64,000 nucleotides of DNA from Chrysomallon squamiferum (lineage: Eukaryota; Animalia; Mollusca): contig CM022669.1 in NCBI GenBank assembly GCA_012295275.1, forward strand, positions 7,440,001-7,504,000, written 5' to 3'. A program made the translations under genes and the position numbers. Below the pieces are notes generated by a model. The model was not told the DNA's origin and did no database searches. It saw only the letters and a list, made by a program, of their open reading frames with translations. Positions 51,433-63,832 of this stretch are shown piece after piece. Within the stretch, counting starts at the first letter, position 1, and each line of letters begins with the position of its first letter.

Positions 51433-52662
51433 TTTTTTTTTTTTTTTTTTGTTCTATCCTTTTTCATAATAAATAATGCTTATACCGATAATATATTTTG
51501 TTTTCTAGGGTTTTTTTTTACATGAAAGGAGCATTATGTTATTCCAATAATATTGTGTGCCGCCATCAATGACAGTGGTAAAATGTGGGAAAATAACACG
51601 ACGTCATCATAAAGACGATTCCCATAGGAATCTTTAAAATATATCTTGTAAATCCTAGTCCTGCTAAACACAGACAGCCCTTGCCAATCCATAAAATACA
51701 GAGCTGCGGTTCTTTCTAAAAAAAAATCTCTAGGTATGGACTTAACCTGAAATAGAAAATTAAAAATTTTGAATTTAATTTGACTGATCACTTATGGAAT
51801 AAAATACTCAGAGTGTATCAAAAAATCAAAAAAAAACAACAAACAAGAACAGGAGTTTTAATTAATTTGAAAATATGTCGTCATTTTTGGCTCATACAAA
51901 TAATGAAACGAGTAAGTTTGTAAATCGCTTAATTATTAAAGTAAAAAACTGTATTCATGGCATTGGAATAAACGAAATAAATATTCACATTAATGTCGTT
52001 AAAAAATACTTTAAAATGGAAATTTGAAAAAGAAAATATATCTTTTACAAAAACTGCAGTCATGAAATCAACTGATGCTATCGCCATTTTTTTTTTCTTA
52101 AATTACTTACAGATAATTTAAAATTAAAAAAAAAAAAATAATAAGAAAGAAAACAAAAAGATACGAGTTAAATCAATAACTTGTTTTTAGAAATTGACAT
52201 TTCTTTTAATATGATTTTATTTGTTATTATTCTCTTTCAGGATTTTATTTTTATCAGGCTCTGTACTTCTGTTCACTGTTTCTCTGCCTCCTTTTAATTT
52301 TTACTATTGTTATCATTATTATCGTCATCGTCACCGTCATTATTATTATTATGCGTAAAAATGTGTTGATATGTTCACACGTATAGATATATGTGTATTT
52401 GTATGAATGTACTCGAGTGCGTGTGTATGTGTGTCAATATGTATGTCAGTGCATGTATGTATATCTATAAAATTACAGAAGTAATGCAGGGTCCCAACAA
52501 GATAAAAAAAAAAAAAATAATAAAATGAATAAACAAACAAACAAAACAATTATTGTTATTATTGTTTATTTACAAGCAGGTAAAAATTAAGTAACTAGAA
52601 TAAAGGCATAGCAAATAGAAGTTTAGTATGAAACCAAATAGTACACTTAACACACACACACG

Positions 52663-52705
<43 letters not shown>

Positions 52706-53754
52706 GCGCGTGTCTTGTACAAGACAAGGATCAACACTTTATTATTGTGAAAGGTTAATGACCGTGCTGAAGTTATTAATAATCTGGATTGTCATCTTTC
52801 AAAAGACAATGTTTGAATATCACATTACAGTACGTTACTGTCAAATGCAGAATAAAATATTTCTTGTGTATTTTCCTTTTTATTATTATAATTTTTTTTT
52901 TTTTTTTTACATATACGTAAATCTTAAACAGAACAATATGTAGACAAAATATTACAAAATTTCTTTCTTTTTTATTTTCGCAGGTGTTCAGAAAAGAAGC
53001 GTTCGTTTTAACCGTCTTGTTTTGAAAACTTTTGATAAGAATCAGTTTTATAAACAGACTTTTAATATTTATTTAATCCTTCGTTTAATTGTTGCTAGTT
53101 ATTTTAATTTTTTACGTGATTGTTTTGTTTATACTTTTGTACTCTCTTCTCATGTATCTATAACTAAATGTTATTATTTATTTCATGTACAATTACCGCT
53201 GCGGAGAAATATGTGTGAATCTATCGTCCGCACACATTAGGAAAATGAATTTAAATTCTAATCAACATGGAATGCCTAAGAAATAACAAAATTATATTTT
53301 AAAACATATTTAATAAAAAGATATTAAATAAATAAATAAATATATAAACAAACAAACTGACAAACAGAAACAGAACAAAGTGAAGTATTTATAACTGTTT
53401 TCACCAAAGCGTAAAGATGTAACGAGTTGTTCAATCTCACATTTTCATAGTAGTAGCTATCTGCTGAAGGAACCATCATACGGTGTGTGTAGCTAATAAA
53501 CGTGTGACACGTGGGTTTACCGTTTGCACGTGACACTTGGAAAAATAACAGTAAGGCAGATCAGAACAAAGTCTGGAACACTGAAGTTGAGACAGAGAAC
53601 CTTGGAAAGTGCCTCCAGCACGTCCATGATTGTCCGGTCCATATTGAATGTACCAGTGGGTTCTTTGCTGTTCTTCACAAACAATTCCAGTAAAACAGAA
53701 AATGAATATGAGAAATGAATTAAGTCCTGATGAGGTGGAGTAAAGTGATCTCAT
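50747..53754 (-). pseudogene. Copy A of the PAN + hemopexin-like secreted protein gene, disrupted; exons 53754-53441, 51746-51522, 51173-50747
   Basis: Homologous to copy B, but carries a 1-nt deletion in exon 1 (about 53545), a frameshift in exon 2, a TAC>TAA nonsense codon at 51001-51003, and a 12-bp duplication with a frameshift near 50905-50940. Confidence 0.85.
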
Positions 53755-54296
53755 TGTGGTCTTCACTCTGACTAAGATTTGATTACATTTTGCCTCTCCT
53801 GAATTCTCTACTCTTTCTGGCATATTTTTATTCAGTGTCTACATTAACAGTGTATTTTATACTATTGCGATTGGTCGATAAACAACGCCTGTAACGGCTA
53901 TTTCAGCTAGTACCGTTTCTTACTAGTTTTGCATAAGCAACTGTAAAACTTTTACCTCTTTGGATGCTATTAACATATCCAAATTCATTGACTAAATTTA
54001 TGTTTCCGTCATTAATTGATTAATGTGGAGTTACACGTCATTATAAGGAAATTAAATTTCCATCAGAGTAAGCTTATTATGAAGTGATGCAAATCTAACT
54101 CATGTAGAAATATCTGTGCATATAGGCTATTGGATGTCAAACAAAGCTAATTATAACAAAATAGTGATTACTTTATATATAAAAATTCAGAATTAATTAA
54201 GCACAGTGAAAAAAACCTGTGCAAAAATAAAACAGTTTAATTAAATTACAATTTATAGCTTTAATCCATAGGGTCTGGCATTAGCATGTTTATTTT

Positions 54297-54488
54297 AAAT
54301 CAAGGGAGATAAGTAAAAAGGAAAAATTTGCAAAAACATGCCTGAGTTGGGTCTGTAAAGGGAACATGATAATAAAACTCGTAATTGACCTAAATATTTA
54401 TGAACATTTTAACATAAAAATACAAAATATGCATTTCATAAAATAGAAAAGTTTCTCAATTGGCGTTCTTACTTATCTCCCTTCATTT
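54297..54488. mobile_element. MITE-like element (about 190 bp) with 20-bp TIRs; related copies at about 55514-55690 and 59815-60035
   Basis: AAATCAAGGGAGATAAGTAA ... TTACTTATCTCCCTTCATTT is one mismatch from a perfect inverted repeat. Confidence 0.7.
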
Positions 54489-55727
54489 CAGAATTCTGAA
54501 AATCAAGAAATACTAAAACGGGCAATCGATTCTGTATTATTTTTTTAATACCAAAAACAATGAACAAATGACAAACATTATAAAATTCCATTCTAATTTT
54601 TATGAACAACAAAATAGATAAATAAATAAATGACTGAGTAAATTAATAAATTCAACATAATGTTTAAGTAGTTTCATTCGTTGTTGGGTGGATTATTAAT
54701 CTATATAACAAATGCTGCTTTAAAATGTGCCAGATTACAAAATTTATTATAAAATAAACAAACATACAATATTAGATTTTATGAATTAAAAAAAGATTTA
54801 ATATTAGATTTTATGGATTAAAGAAAGATTTAATATTGGCATCAAGTATTTTCATTTAATTTTTACGCATTTACGAACATATAAAGAACAGTTTCTCTTT
54901 AACAAAGCTCTTTATAATCGAAGATATTTGCCTACCAACAATTTCAAACAATCAATATTGACACGTATAGCCAGGGAAGGTAACAACAACAGCAGTAAAA
55001 CAGTGCTGGTATATGAAAAAAAAATTGATTAAAAATCAATCGTAAAAACTGTCTTGAACGATCCTTCATAGGAAAAATGCCAAAATAAATCAAAGATTAA
55101 ATAATAGTAATAATGGAAAAAGAAAAATAATTTTTTCTTCTTCTAAGTTCTTCGCACAACAGCAAAACTGCTTTTAACATTACAAAAACAGTCTTTACTG
55201 GATAATAATTCAGCTGACTGAAACAGTGTAATAACAATAACAACAAATGATCTAATCATTTGCAAAGTAAAACTAGCAGAGTATAGACATTTTTCTCTTG
55301 TGAAAGAAATGAACTAAAATTTCTTCTAATGTTATCAGAACAAAAACAAAGAAGTAGTCTAACATTAACAAACATACTTGAAAAACTACATTTACGCTTA
55401 CTGTCTTAATTAACAAAGTAATATGATATGCCAGCCTTTTTCTCGCTTGTCAGATCAATTGGCTTTGTCTTTTTAATCACCACTGTACAGGTTAGCATTC
55501 TGATATTGTTTTTAAATCAAGGGAAGTAAGTACACTTTTCTAAATTATGCAAAATAGGCGTAAAACAGAGTTGTGTCGGAAAAAGGCAGATGTTGATAAA
55601 ATTCCTCGTCGATGTCTATATTTATAAACGTCTGAAAATAAAAGTGTAGCGGGTACTTTTTAAAAATAGGGAAGTTCCTCCCTTGATTTCAAAGTGATCA
55701 TGCGAATAGTAACTGCAACGATTGTAT

Positions 55728-55766
<39 letters not shown>

Positions 55767-55814
55767 TTGATTTGACAAACAAAAAATGACCTGTGACAAT
55801 TTCATACCACTTTA

Positions 55815-55852
<38 letters not shown>

Positions 55853-56042
55853 CATTTGTAATAGCGTAAATATGTTTGATCTAAAATTTGTTGTAATGTT
55901 ACAGAACCCATACAATCATAAGTCCTTTATATAACAGCTTAGCTTCGTTGTCATTCAGAGCCAAGAGTGAATACTAGACAGCAGAAAACAGTTAAATTAC
56001 TAATGCTGTAACTATATTCAACAAAAAATATTTGTCAACAGT

Positions 56043-56987
56043 CTATATGCACCAGTATTTAACAGGAAAATTCCGGTAACTTGGTTGTGAAGCATAGTAG
56101 TACATCTTGGAGTTTTCGAACATAAGGTACGAGGTATTGCCAAACAGCGTCACAGCAGTAACTCCAAATGGTGCCCCGGTCCATCGCACATCTTCTTCCG
56201 TCAATGGTTTACTTCCGGTAACGAAATATCTCGCCTCGGTTTCGTTGTAGGTGAGAACGTATACAACGTCGTTTTTGAACACGTTTAATTCTTGAAGGGT
56301 GTCGTCAACGTGTGTAATGTCGTCGAGATCGGAAAAGCCAGAGTAGCTGAAGTAGTCTTGGATTATATTTGTTGGACATGACACAGGCGTAAATGTTTCA
56401 GAATCTCGACTAAAACATGCCACAGAGCTTCCTAAAAGTAAAAACAAATATTTCCATCATTAACATCATCAACTTCTTCATCATCACCATCATTACTGAT
56501 TGTCTGTTGTTGTTATTATTATTATTTTTCTTGTCATTGTTTTTTTTTTATTATTATTATTATTATTTATTTATTTTTGGAGGGGGTGTATCGTTTCTTG
56601 CTTGTTATTATTATTTTTTCAATTATAAATAATATAATTTGTGTAATTTATTAATAAATATTGCATATTTAATTACCTGAAATGAGCATTATGTTATTTC
56701 CATAATACTGAGTGGCGCCATCTACGACAGTGGTAACGTTTGGGAACATGTCGGCCACGACGTAATAATAGTGAGGACCGCCTCTGAGTTTTTTGTCCAC
56801 TTTTGTATAATATAACTTACAAACGCTTGACTTGTAAAACACAAACAGCTTCTGCCAGACATTAAAATACAGAGCTGCGGTTGCTTCTAAAAGATCTCTA
56901 GCTTTGCACGTAATCTGTAAAAAAATAAAAAAATTTTAAATGTGATTTGACTGATCATTTATGGAATAAAAACACACAGAGAGGGTC

Positions 56988-57019
<32 letters not shown>

Positions 57020-57712
57020 ATCAAAAGGAATTTTTATTAATTTCAAAAACATCTTGTTATTTTTGGATATTAAAATAATGAAACGAGTAAGCTTGACTAT
57101 TAAAGTAAAAACACTGTATTCATGGCATAAAAATAAATTAAATAAATATTCAGGTAAATGTCGTTAAAAATACTGCAATCATGAAACATTCAAGAATCAG
57201 CTGATGCCATCTCAGTCTTATTTTGTTTTATTTCTTATGTATATATACAAGTATATTTATATATTAATATACTTGTATGTATATATTTGTACGTATATGT
57301 ATGCGTATGTTTGTATGTCGGTGCATGTGTGTACATTTATAAAGCTTAAGGAAAACAATTCAGACTGCAAACTCTGTTAGTACTAATTCACTTTCAGGAG
57401 TAATAAAAGATTTTCAGAAAAAAACAAAATGACCTGTATTGTTCTTTGTTTAAATGCAGGTCAGAACGAAGTAATTAGAATAAAGGCATTGCAGATAAAC
57501 GTTTAGTATGAAACACACACGCGCACACACACACGCACACACAACAAACACACACACGACAAACACACGCATGTGTTGTACAAGACAAGCATCAACACTT
57601 TATTATTGTGCTGAGGTTATTAATAATCTGGACTGCCATCTTTGAAAAGGCTATGTCTGAATATCATATTACAGTATGTTACGATACTGTCAAATACATA
57701 ATAAAATATTTG

Positions 57713-57744
<32 letters not shown>

Positions 57745-58402
57745 GTAAAATCTTAATTAGAACAATATGTAGACAAAATACTACTCGTTAGATACCGGTT
57801 AGGAGTCAAAATCCCAAACATAGCAACAAAAGAAATGTTTCCTAGATCATTCCTGCACCGTTCCAAATGTTATTACTTAGTTCATGCACACTTATTGCTG
57901 CAGAGAAATATGTTAATCTATTGCCCGCGTACATTAGGAAAATGAATTAAGAAAAAAAATCGTTTCTGATAATCAACATGAAATGGCTAAAGAAATAACA
58001 AACGGGCTTTTTTCTTCGATACAATTATAATAAATAAATAAACAAAACTAACAAACAAAAATGTAATCAGACTTCGAATCTCACCTTTTCATAGTAGTAG
58101 CTGTCTGCTGAAGGAACCATCTTTCTCGAGTATGTGTATCTGGAAAACGTGTGACACGTGAGTTTACCGTTTACACGTGACACTTGGAAAGAATCGCAAG
58201 AAGGCAGTTCAAAACAAAGTCTCGAGCACTGAAGACGAGACAGAGAACCTTGGAAAGTGCCTTCAACACGTCCATGATTCACCGGTCCATATTTAATGTA
58301 CCAGCGGGTTCTTTGCTGTTCTTCACAAACAATTCCAGTAAAACAGAAAATGAATATGAGAAATGAATTGAGTCCTGATGAGGAGGAGTAAAGTGATCTC
58401 AT
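56043..58402 (-). CDS. Copy B (intact, about 314 aa): signal peptide + PAN/Apple domain + four-bladed hemopexin-like domain; exons 58402-58085, 56914-56677, 56431-56043
   Basis: Hydrophobic leader MRSLYSSSSGLNSFLIFIFCFTGIVC, then the PAN cysteine pattern CSRLCFELPSCDSF...C...YYE. Four hemopexin-like units follow (ATAALYF..KLFVF; VDGAT..NIMLISG; LDDIT..LNVFKND; VTAVT..YLMFENS), bracketed by a first Cys (ITC) and a last Cys (YWC). Intron phases 0 and 1 are consistent and the frame is open throughout. Confidence 0.8.
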
Positions 58403-58501
58403 TGTGGTCTTCACTCTGACTGCGATCTGATCACGTTTTGCCTCTCCTGATTCTCTACTCTTTCTGGCATATTTGTATTCAGTGTCTACATTAACAGTGT
58501 A

Positions 58502-58521
58502 TTTATAGTACTGCGATTGGT
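58502..58521 (-). promoter_or_regulatory. CCAAT + TATA core promoter of array gene copy B (equivalents at 53856-53876 and 63567-63586)
   Basis: The minus strand reads CCAATCGCAGTACTATAAAT about 100 nt upstream of the ATG, and the motif is conserved in all three copies. Confidence 0.6.
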
Positions 58522-58730
58522 CGATAAACAACGCCTGTAACGGCTATTTCAGCCAGTGCCGTTTCTTACTGGTTTTGCGTAAGCCATTGTACAATATTTT
58601 GCTTTTTCTTTTTCCGATCCTATGAACATATCCAAATACGTGAGTAAATTTATGTTGCCGGCGGAGATGGTTAAAGATTTACGCAATATTAACGTTTAAC
58701 ATTTATTTATGTATTTATTTATTTATTAAT

Positions 58731-58769
<39 letters not shown>

Positions 58770-59129
58770 TTTTAAATTTTTTTTTTTTCCCCTTTATTTT
58801 ATCACTGTTTTTTTTTTTTTTTTTTTTTTGCTAGGTTTTTTTTTTTTTTTTTCATAATTTATTTAGATCATTAATTGATTAATGTAATGATTACACGTCA
58901 CTATGAAGAAATTAAATTTCCATCAGATTAAATTTATTACGAAATATTGAGAATCACAACACAAATTCAAACCTTACTCATGTAGAAACATCTGTGTACA
59001 TCACAGTTCTTACTTCTTGGCAGGAAATGTGATATATCTAGATTCATAGACCAACAATTAATAACCTGTACCAAATTATGATTGTAATATGAAAAATAAA
59101 GAAGTGAAGACAATTTTATGTTATAAAAA

Positions 59130-59505
59130 TTCCTGTAATTTTTACCTTTGTCTTGGTTTGACACCAAGGTGGAAGAAAACAAATATGTAGGTGTTTCCAA
59201 ATGGTCTGAAAAATTAATGTTCCTAGCAGTTAAAAAGTACTTAATGCGAAGACCAAATGTTTTAATGGCATTCAGCCTTTCATTAAATGACCTGACATTT
59301 TTGTTGTCTACTATCGTATCAAGTGCATGATGTTTCGAAAAAGATTTTTTTATCTTAGCAGCACAGGACAGAAAAAGCTGTGAATGTCTAGCACAGAAAC
59401 AAGGTTTGTGTGCATCAAATGACAAGATCTCCACAGATCTTCTGAATGCACCAAATCAAAACCTAAGAGCCTGGTTGTGTATGATTACTAGCATCTGCAA
59501 TGAAT
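59130..59505 (-). mobile_element. Decayed non-LTR retrotransposon fragment (I/Nimb-like region downstream of RT)
   Basis: The minus strand translates SLQMLVIIHNQALRF*FGAFRRSVEILSFDAHKP...IKTFGLRIK, which resembles the recalled I/Nimb motif LQMLDPIHNQGLRLCLGAFRTSPVESL...PFGLRI. It contains an in-frame stop. Confidence 0.7.
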
Positions 59506-60150
59506 AATGGCGTAAAGTACGATTTTGTTACATATATATACTTGAAATTTTTCATATGTACACCATATTTAGCTAATACATAGACGCCTTTTTTTTTTAG
59601 CTTCACGTCAATTAGGCCATGCATGTTAGATGCATTAAATCATTAGCAAGGATATTTCCAAATCGGAAAAAGACGAAACATATTTTTAGCTGTAACATGT
59701 TTGCATGTACACTAGTTATGGCTACAACATGGCTATCAATGTTTGGCTTCTCAGACCAATTAGGTTAATCTTTTTGGTCACCGCCAAAGGGACTAGCATT
59801 CCCATGCTTATTTTAAATCAAGGGAGACAAGTAAAAAGTCACCTACAGTTTCTTTTAACAATTTTGTAAATTTTGTAAAACGTGCGTGAGTACCGTCGGT
59901 AAAGGTCACACGTTAATAAAACTGACCTTTCTTTGACCTGTATATTTCTGAACATTTAAAGATAAACGTACAATATATGCTTTCTCCTAAATAGAAAAGT
60001 TTCTCATTTCGCCTTCTTACTTATCTTCCTTAGTTTCAAAATTCTGAACGTCAAGAAATTCTAAAACGGGTAATCGATTCTGCATTTTTTTTAATACCAA
60101 AAACAATGAACAAATGACAAATATTCTAATTTTTATCAACAACAACAAAA

Positions 60151-60181
<31 letters not shown>

Positions 60182-60290
60182 ATGAATTCAACATAATGTT
60201 TCATTGTTGGGTGGATTATTAATCTGTATGGCAAACGCTGCATTAAAATGTGTCAGATTACAAAAATTATTATAAAATAAACAAAGGTAC

Positions 60291-60418
60291 AATATTGGAT
60301 TATAGAAATTAAAGAAAGACTTAATATTAGATTTTATGAATTAAAGAAAGATTTAATATCAGATTTTATGAATTAAAGAAAGACTTAATATCAGATTTTA
60401 TGAATTAAAGAAAGATTT
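60291..60418. repeat. 32-bp minisatellite, four units (two units at the paralogous site 54768-54831)
   Basis: Unit AATATTAGATTTTATGAATTAAAGAAAGATTT. Confidence 0.85.
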
Positions 60419-61248
60419 AATACTGCAAGCCAATATTTCCATTTTATTTATACGCATTTACGAACATATAAAGAAAAAATCTCTTTGACAAAGCTCTTTA
60501 TAATCGAAGATATTTGCCTAAGGACAATTTGAAATAATCAATATTGACACTTGTAACCAGTGCTGGTTTACGAAAAAAAAAATTGATTAAAAATCAATCG
60601 TAAAAAGATCAAAAACATCGTAAAATGTCAAATTAAATAAAAGATTAAATAACAGTAATAATGGAAAAACAAAAAAAAATCTTTTTCTAAGCCCTTCGCA
60701 CAACATCAAAACTGCTTTTAACATTACAAAAGATTCTTTACCAGTGAACAATTCAGCTGATTGAAAAAGTGTAATAATAATAACAAATAATCTAATTATT
60801 TCGATAGTAAATTTGGTTCGCTTAATTACTATACTATTATATCTACCAGAACGTATTTAAAGGGTTGCTTTTGATGTCTTATATACGTAGTTTAAAGAGT
60901 ACTTATACATTAACTTTCTTAATTAATAGAGAAAATAACAACAAACTAGCAGAGAATAACAATTTGAGCTTGTGAAAGAATTGAACTAAAATTTCTTCTA
61001 ATGTTATCAGAACACAAACAAAGAAGTAGTCTAACATTAACACACATACTTGAAAGACTACTTTTACGCTTACTGTCTTAATTAATAAAGTAATATGACA
61101 TGCCAGCCTGTTTCTCGCTTGTCAAACCAACTGGCTTTGTCTTTTTAGTAACCACTGTACAGGTCAGCATTCTGATGTTAATATTTTTTAAATCAAGGGT
61201 TTATTCGTGACGCTGCAACTATATTTGAGAAAAATATATATCAGCAGT

Positions 61249-63467
61249 CTACTTGCACATGTATTCAATTGGGAAATTCAAGTAATTTGAAATATAGTAG
61301 TACATCTTGGAGTTTTCGAAAATAAGGTACCTGGAATCGGCTAACGGCGTCACGCCAGTAACTCCAAATGGTGCATCGATCCATCGCACATCTTCTTCCG
61401 TCAATGGTTTACTTCCAGTCACGAAATATCTCGCCTCGGTTTCGTTGTAGGTGAGAACGTATACAACGTCGTTTCTGAACACGTTTAATTCTCGAAGGGT
61501 GTCGTCAACGTGTGTAATGCCGTCGAGATCGGAAAAGCCAGAGTAGCTGAAGTAGTCTTGGATTATATTTGTTGGACAGGACACAGGCGTAAATGTTTCC
61601 TGAATCTCGACTGAAACATGTCACAGATCTTCCTAAAAATAAAATGAATATTTTCATCGTTATCATCGTCAACTTCTTCATCATTATCATCATCAACAAC
61701 TTCATCATTACTCCTTGTCTGTTGTTGTTATTATCTTCTTTTTCTTGTGAACCTTTTCCTTGACTGTGCAAATTTTATTTGTTTTTTCGTTTATTTATTT
61801 ATTTTAATTTTGGGGGGGGGAGGTATCGTTTCTAGTTCATGTTTGTTTTTGTTTTTTTGTGGGTTTTTTTTTCAATACTAAATAAAATAATTTGTGTATT
61901 TATTAATAAATATTACATATTTAATTACCTGAAATGAGCATTATGTTATTTCCATAATAATGAGTGGCGCCATCTACGACAGTGGTAACGTCTTGGAACA
62001 CATCGGACACGACGTAATTATACTGAGGGCCGCGTTTGAGCTCACCGTTTTCTGCTAGACAAAATAACATACAAACGCTTGACTTGTAAAACACAAATAG
62101 CTTGTGCCAATCCTTAAAATACAGAGCTGCATTTACTTCTAAACGATCGCTAGGTTTGCACGTAATCTGAAATAAAAAATTTGACTGATCACTTATGGAA
62201 TAAAATACACAGTATCCAATAAAAACAATAACAACAGGAATTTTAATTAATTTGAAAACATCTTGTTATTTTTGGTTATTACAAATAATGAAACGAGTAA
62301 GTTTCTAAATCGCTTAACTATTAAAGTAAAAAACTGTATTCATGGTATAAAAATAAATGTCGTTAAAAATACTTTAAAATGAAAAAGATAATATATCTTT
62401 TGCAAAAATTCCAGACATGAAAAATTTAAGAATCAGTTGATGCTATCGGTCAGTCTAATTTTATGTATCTGTTATTCATTTGTTTAAAGTGCAGGTATAC
62501 ATCTAAAAAATGGAAGATAATTAGAACAATTATTCTTTGTTTGCAGATAAAAGTTTAATATGAAAACAAAGGGATTACAGATAAAAGTTTAATATGAAAA
62601 CAAACAGTACACACACACACACACACACACACACGTGTGTTGTATAAAACAAGGATCAACACTTTATTATTGTAAAATGTTAATGATTGTGCTGAATTTA
62701 TTAATAATCTAGACTGTCATCTTTCAAAAGACAATGTCAATATAGATATAGATATAGATATAGATATATGAAATCTTAATTAGAACAATATGTAGACAAA
62801 ATCCCAAACAAAGCAACAAAAGAAATGTTTCCTAGATCATTCCTGCACTGTTCCAAATGTTATTATTTAGTTCATGCATACTTGTTGCTGCAGTGAAATA
62901 TTTTAATCTATTGTCCGCGTATATTAGGAAAATGAATTAAGAAAAAAATTCGTTTCTGATAATCAACATGAAATGCCTAAAGAAATAACAAACGGGCTTT
63001 CTTCTTCAACAAAATTATATTATAATAAATAAATAAATAAATAAATAAACAAATATACAAAACTAACAAACAAACAAAACAAAACAGAACCAAGAATTTA
63101 CAGATGTTATCATGAAATATAAACATGTAATAAGACTTAGAATCTCACCTTTTCATAGTAGTAGCTATGTGCTGAAGGAACCATCTTTCTCGAGTCTGTG
63201 TAACTGGAAAACGTGTGACACGTGAGTTTACCGTTTACACGTGACACTTGGAAAGAACTGCACGAAGACAGATCAGAACAAAGTCTCGAGCACTGAAGAC
63301 GAGACAGTGAACCTTGGAAAGTGCCTCCAACACGTCCGTGATTGACCGGTCCATATTTGAATGTACCAGTGGGTTCTTTGCTGTTCTTCACAAACAATTC
63401 CAGTAAAACAGAAAATGAATATTAGAAATGAATTAAGTCCTGATGATGAGGAGTAAGGTGATCTCAT
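61249..63467 (-). pseudogene. Copy C of the PAN + hemopexin-like gene; two +1 insertions (pseudogene or assembly error); exons 63467-63149, 62166-61929, 61632-61249
   Basis: Exon 2 is intact (238 nt, as in copy B) and all splice sites are intact. There is one extra base at about 63356-63359 (CATATTTGAATG) and one at about 61599 (GTTTCCTGAATC), both at short homopolymers. Confidence 0.7.
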
Positions 63468-63669
63468 TGTGGTCTTCACTCTGACTGCGATCTGATCACG
63501 TTTTGCCTCTCCTGATTCTCGGTTCTTTCTGGCATATTTGTATTCAGTGTCTACATTAATAGTGTATTTTATACTATTGCGATTGGTCGATAAACAACGC
63601 CTGTAACGGCTATTTCAGCTAGTCCCTTTTCTTACTGGTTCTGCGTATGCAACTGTAAAATATTTCCCT

Positions 63670-63704
<35 letters not shown>

Positions 63705-63792
63705 CGATCCTATGAACATATCCAAATGCGTGAGTAAATTTATTTTAGGGGCAGAGATGGTTAAAGATTTGCGTAATATTAACGTTTAATAT

Positions 63793-63832
<40 letters not shown>

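Noticed and set aside
56043-58402. Matrix metalloproteinase or plasminogen-like protease assignment for the array genes
   Set aside because: No HExxHxxGxxH zinc motif, cysteine switch, kringle or trypsin motifs are present in any copy.
58403-58531. N-terminal extension of array copy B (and MPERVENS... in copy A) from the ORF track
   Set aside because: The extension overlaps the TATA/5' UTR region and its start is not conserved in frame between copies. The ATG before the signal peptide is the shared start.
58967-59434. 155-aa minus-strand ORF as a host gene
   Set aside because: It matches a decayed LINE segment, has an upstream in-frame stop and shows no splice structure.
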